Source of the DNA: an uncultured archaeon
GTDB lineage: Archaea; Altiarchaeota; Altiarchaeia; IMC4; CAZEGI01
NCBI GenBank assembly: GCA_964512105.1
Contig: CAZEGI010000012.1
Span: 1-32,000 of the forward strand
Reading direction: 5' to 3'
DNA: 32,000 bases
The translations under genes and the position numbers were made by a program. Every line of letters starts with the position of its first letter. Positions within the stretch are counted from its first letter, which is position 1. Of the stretch, positions 30,474 through 32,000 are shown piece by piece. Below the pieces are notes generated by a model, which saw only the letters and a program-made list of their open reading frames with translations, did no database searches and was not told the DNA's origin.

Positions 30474-31010
30474 TCATCCATTTTTTATTAATACTTTATA
30501 AAAACTTTTCGACCAATCCGGTTCTTTTATTTTTTTACCGCCTTTACCCAACCATCGCAAAATTCCGTCAAAATCAACCTTATCCGTTGTGTCAACTTCC
30601 AGCACGTTTTTGCACCAGAGCGAATCGTAAAGACAAACACCTTCAAGTTCCGCCTCCAAATTCTCCATTATCTTCGCCTTTGACTTCCACCTAGTTTTCA
30701 TTCTTATCTCAAGAACCAACGGATCTGTTCTAAGGACAATTATATGCGTCACGGGCAATAGATGGCTGAGATGCCCGCAGATGATTACATCATTTTTAAT
30801 TTTTTTGATTTTATTTTTAACAATCTTTTTTAATTCGTCAACATCGACGATTTTCGTATCCCTTTTCGCATCAACTTTTGTTTTTATCCCTCCACTATCA
30901 ACAACATCCGAAATATCGATAATCGTCGCCCCGATTTTTTCACCAAGCTTCTTTGAAAACGTGGTTTTCCCTGTTCCCGGGGTCCCTGTTACCGCTATGA
31001 TCCTTCTCAT
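30474..31010 (-). CDS. Fap7/AK6-like nucleoside-triphosphatase or adenylate kinase
   Basis: P-loop VTGTPGTGKTTFSKKL at the extreme N-terminus. Size of 178 aa fits. Confidence 0.65.
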   Translation of the reverse strand: MRRIIAVTGTPGTGKTTFSKKLGEKIGATIIDISDVVDSGGIKTKVDAKRDTKIVDVDELKKIVKNKIKKIKNDVIICGHLSHLLPVTHIIVLRTDPLVLEIRMKTRWKSKAKIMENLEAELEGVCLYDSLWCKNVLEVDTTDKVDFDGILRWLGKGGKKIKEPDWSKSFYKVLIKNG

Positions 31011-31387
31011 TCCGCACCCATCCTGAAATCGTCCCAGATGTTCTTCATATTCCCGAGCGAGTCCGAAAACCTTTCGGATACCCTCAACTCGTGGACGCCC
31101 TTCGCCTTGTTGTAGGTTTTTTCAACCATGCCAACTCGCCTCAGCCTTTTCAGCATGTTGTGATACTGGCTTTGCGTTATCTTTGCCCGCGTGCAGTAGT
31201 TGTCCCATTCCGTAACCTTGTACGGGTTGTCAGTTTTTCCCCAGGTTCTCAGGTGATTCAGGAAACCGACAGCCACATGCACGAGTTCCGGCTCCTTCCA
31301 GAACACGAGGCCCAGCAAATCCGCCAAATTTTCCGGTTTTTTGGAAGAAATTTCTACTTTTGCCCCGGTTTTTTTATTTTGATTCAT
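31007..31387 (-). CDS. Small putative wHTH DNA-binding protein
   Basis: ATGA overlap with the downstream kinase gene. ITQSQYHNMLKRLRRVGMVEKTYNKAKGVHELRV looks like a recognition helix plus wing. Confidence 0.45.
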   Translation of the reverse strand: MNQNKKTGAKVEISSKKPENLADLLGLVFWKEPELVHVAVGFLNHLRTWGKTDNPYKVTEWDNYCTRAKITQSQYHNMLKRLRRVGMVEKTYNKAKGVHELRVSERFSDSLGNMKNIWDDFRMGAE

Positions 31388-31456
31388 TTTGTTATTTTAT
31401 ATTATAACTTTATGACATAAAAATAAAATATAAAATCTATCAATGTCATTCCTTTT

Positions 31457-31561
31457 ATTTCAAATAATATAAAATAATAAAAATAAATAAAGATAAAAAT
31501 ATCAAAAATTCATCAAAAATATCGCAAGTTTCATTATATCATTTCAAATAACATAAAATAA
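31457..31561. repeat. Two copies of a 21-nt AT-rich motif in the intergenic region upstream of the wHTH gene
   Basis: ATTTCAAATAATATAAAATAA (31457-31477) versus ATTTCAAATAACATAAAATAA (31541-31561), one mismatch. Tandem ATCAAAAAT x2 lies near 31501. Confidence 0.6.
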
Positions 31562-31563
31562 CA

Positions 31564-32000
31564 TCAAACAAACCCCAGAATATCCTCGGAATTCGCATCA
31601 GTTCTTATCCCAAGACCGGAAAAATGCGTTCGTGCTACCTTGAAACCGCCACCTTTAAGCCTTTCAAACACGAAATCCATTCTCGGCACGGATTTTTTCA
31701 CCTTCCTGCACAACTTGTGGAAATCGTAATACGGTTTGGTTATTTTTTGCTCCCCGGCAATCAGGTTTACCAACTTTTTTTCATCATCTCCCTTTCTAAA
31801 TTCCAATCCTCCAATTTCATCGCTCAATTTTTTAGAAAAATCAGAATCAGCGAATTCCGCATTCCACAAAGGACCTGCGGTTTTCAATTTGCAACCACAT
31901 TCGCAATTTTTTTCCAGCTCATCTATTCTCTTATATTTTTTTTCCAAACAAGAGAAACAATGCTGCAGAAAAGTTATATCCCCCTGCGTTTTTTTCACAT
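31564..32000 (-). CDS. trm1: tRNA (guanine26-N2)-dimethyltransferase Trm1, C-terminal part (gene continues beyond the window)
   Basis: Cys cluster CFSC...CECGC followed by AGPLWNAEFADSDF. C-terminal YYDFHKLCRKV...GFKVARTHFSGLGIRTDA. The frame is open to the window edge. Confidence 0.7.
   Translation of the reverse strand, partial: VKKTQGDITFLQHCFSCLEKKYKRIDELEKNCECGCKLKTAGPLWNAEFADSDFSKKLSDEIGGLEFRKGDDEKKLVNLIAGEQKITKPYYDFHKLCRKVKKSVPRMDFVFERLKGGGFKVARTHFSGLGIRTDANSEDILGFV

Noticed and set aside
1-32000. Looked for CRISPR arrays, tRNA genes (T-arm GTTCRAATC-type motifs in intergenic DNA), C/D-box sRNAs and 16S/23S rRNA
   Set aside because: I saw no regularly spaced repeats, no cloverleaf-compatible segments and no convincing C/D/C'/D' box arrangement by eye. 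A covariance-model scan (tRNAscan-SE or Infernal) would be needed to be sure.

Overview
Densely coding archaeal chromosomal segment. Housekeeping markers are an archaeal-type 5S rRNA, diphthine synthase, Elp3, a TtuA/Ncs6-type tRNA thiolase, a Trm1 C-terminus, a Fap7-like kinase, archaeal phosphopantothenate synthetase, an MfnB-family enzyme and an M50 site-2 protease. Many genes abut or overlap by 1-18 nt, which suggests a compact genome. I cannot assign a lineage from the sequence alone. Five non-core modules are interleaved with the housekeeping genes. (1) 106-5848: a translationally coupled operon of secreted surface proteins rich in N-X-S/T sequons. It holds a protein with an S-layer-type module, a large Cys-rich/TSP3/Ig/FN3 adhesin-like protein whose signal peptide sits in a different frame, and a Tyr/Gly-rich protein with a lamin-tail-like domain. 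Two of these end in the same GWNL(I/M)SLP C-terminal motif. (2) 5894-9295: a visibly AT-richer accessory islet with a wHTH-like orphan, a PIN-like ORF, an AbrB-like ORF, an MNT/HEPN pair and a truncated serine recombinase. A second HepT/MntA pair lies at 10724-11340. (3) 12727-16597: a membrane-anchored wHTH protein, then a repeat-rich leader, then an 891-aa S-layer-type gene. (4) 18365-20792: a stand-alone 5S rRNA whose 3' tail is perfectly duplicated 320 bp downstream, a hairpin-dense spacer with a tiny prepilin-like ORF, and an Arg-rich secreted orphan. (5) 25288-29516: a Tad-like type IV filament operon (ATPase, two single-domain TadB/TadC-like platform proteins, an unknown wHTH protein) with no pilin or prepilin peptidase in cis. 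All functional calls rest on motif recognition by eye, not on database searches.
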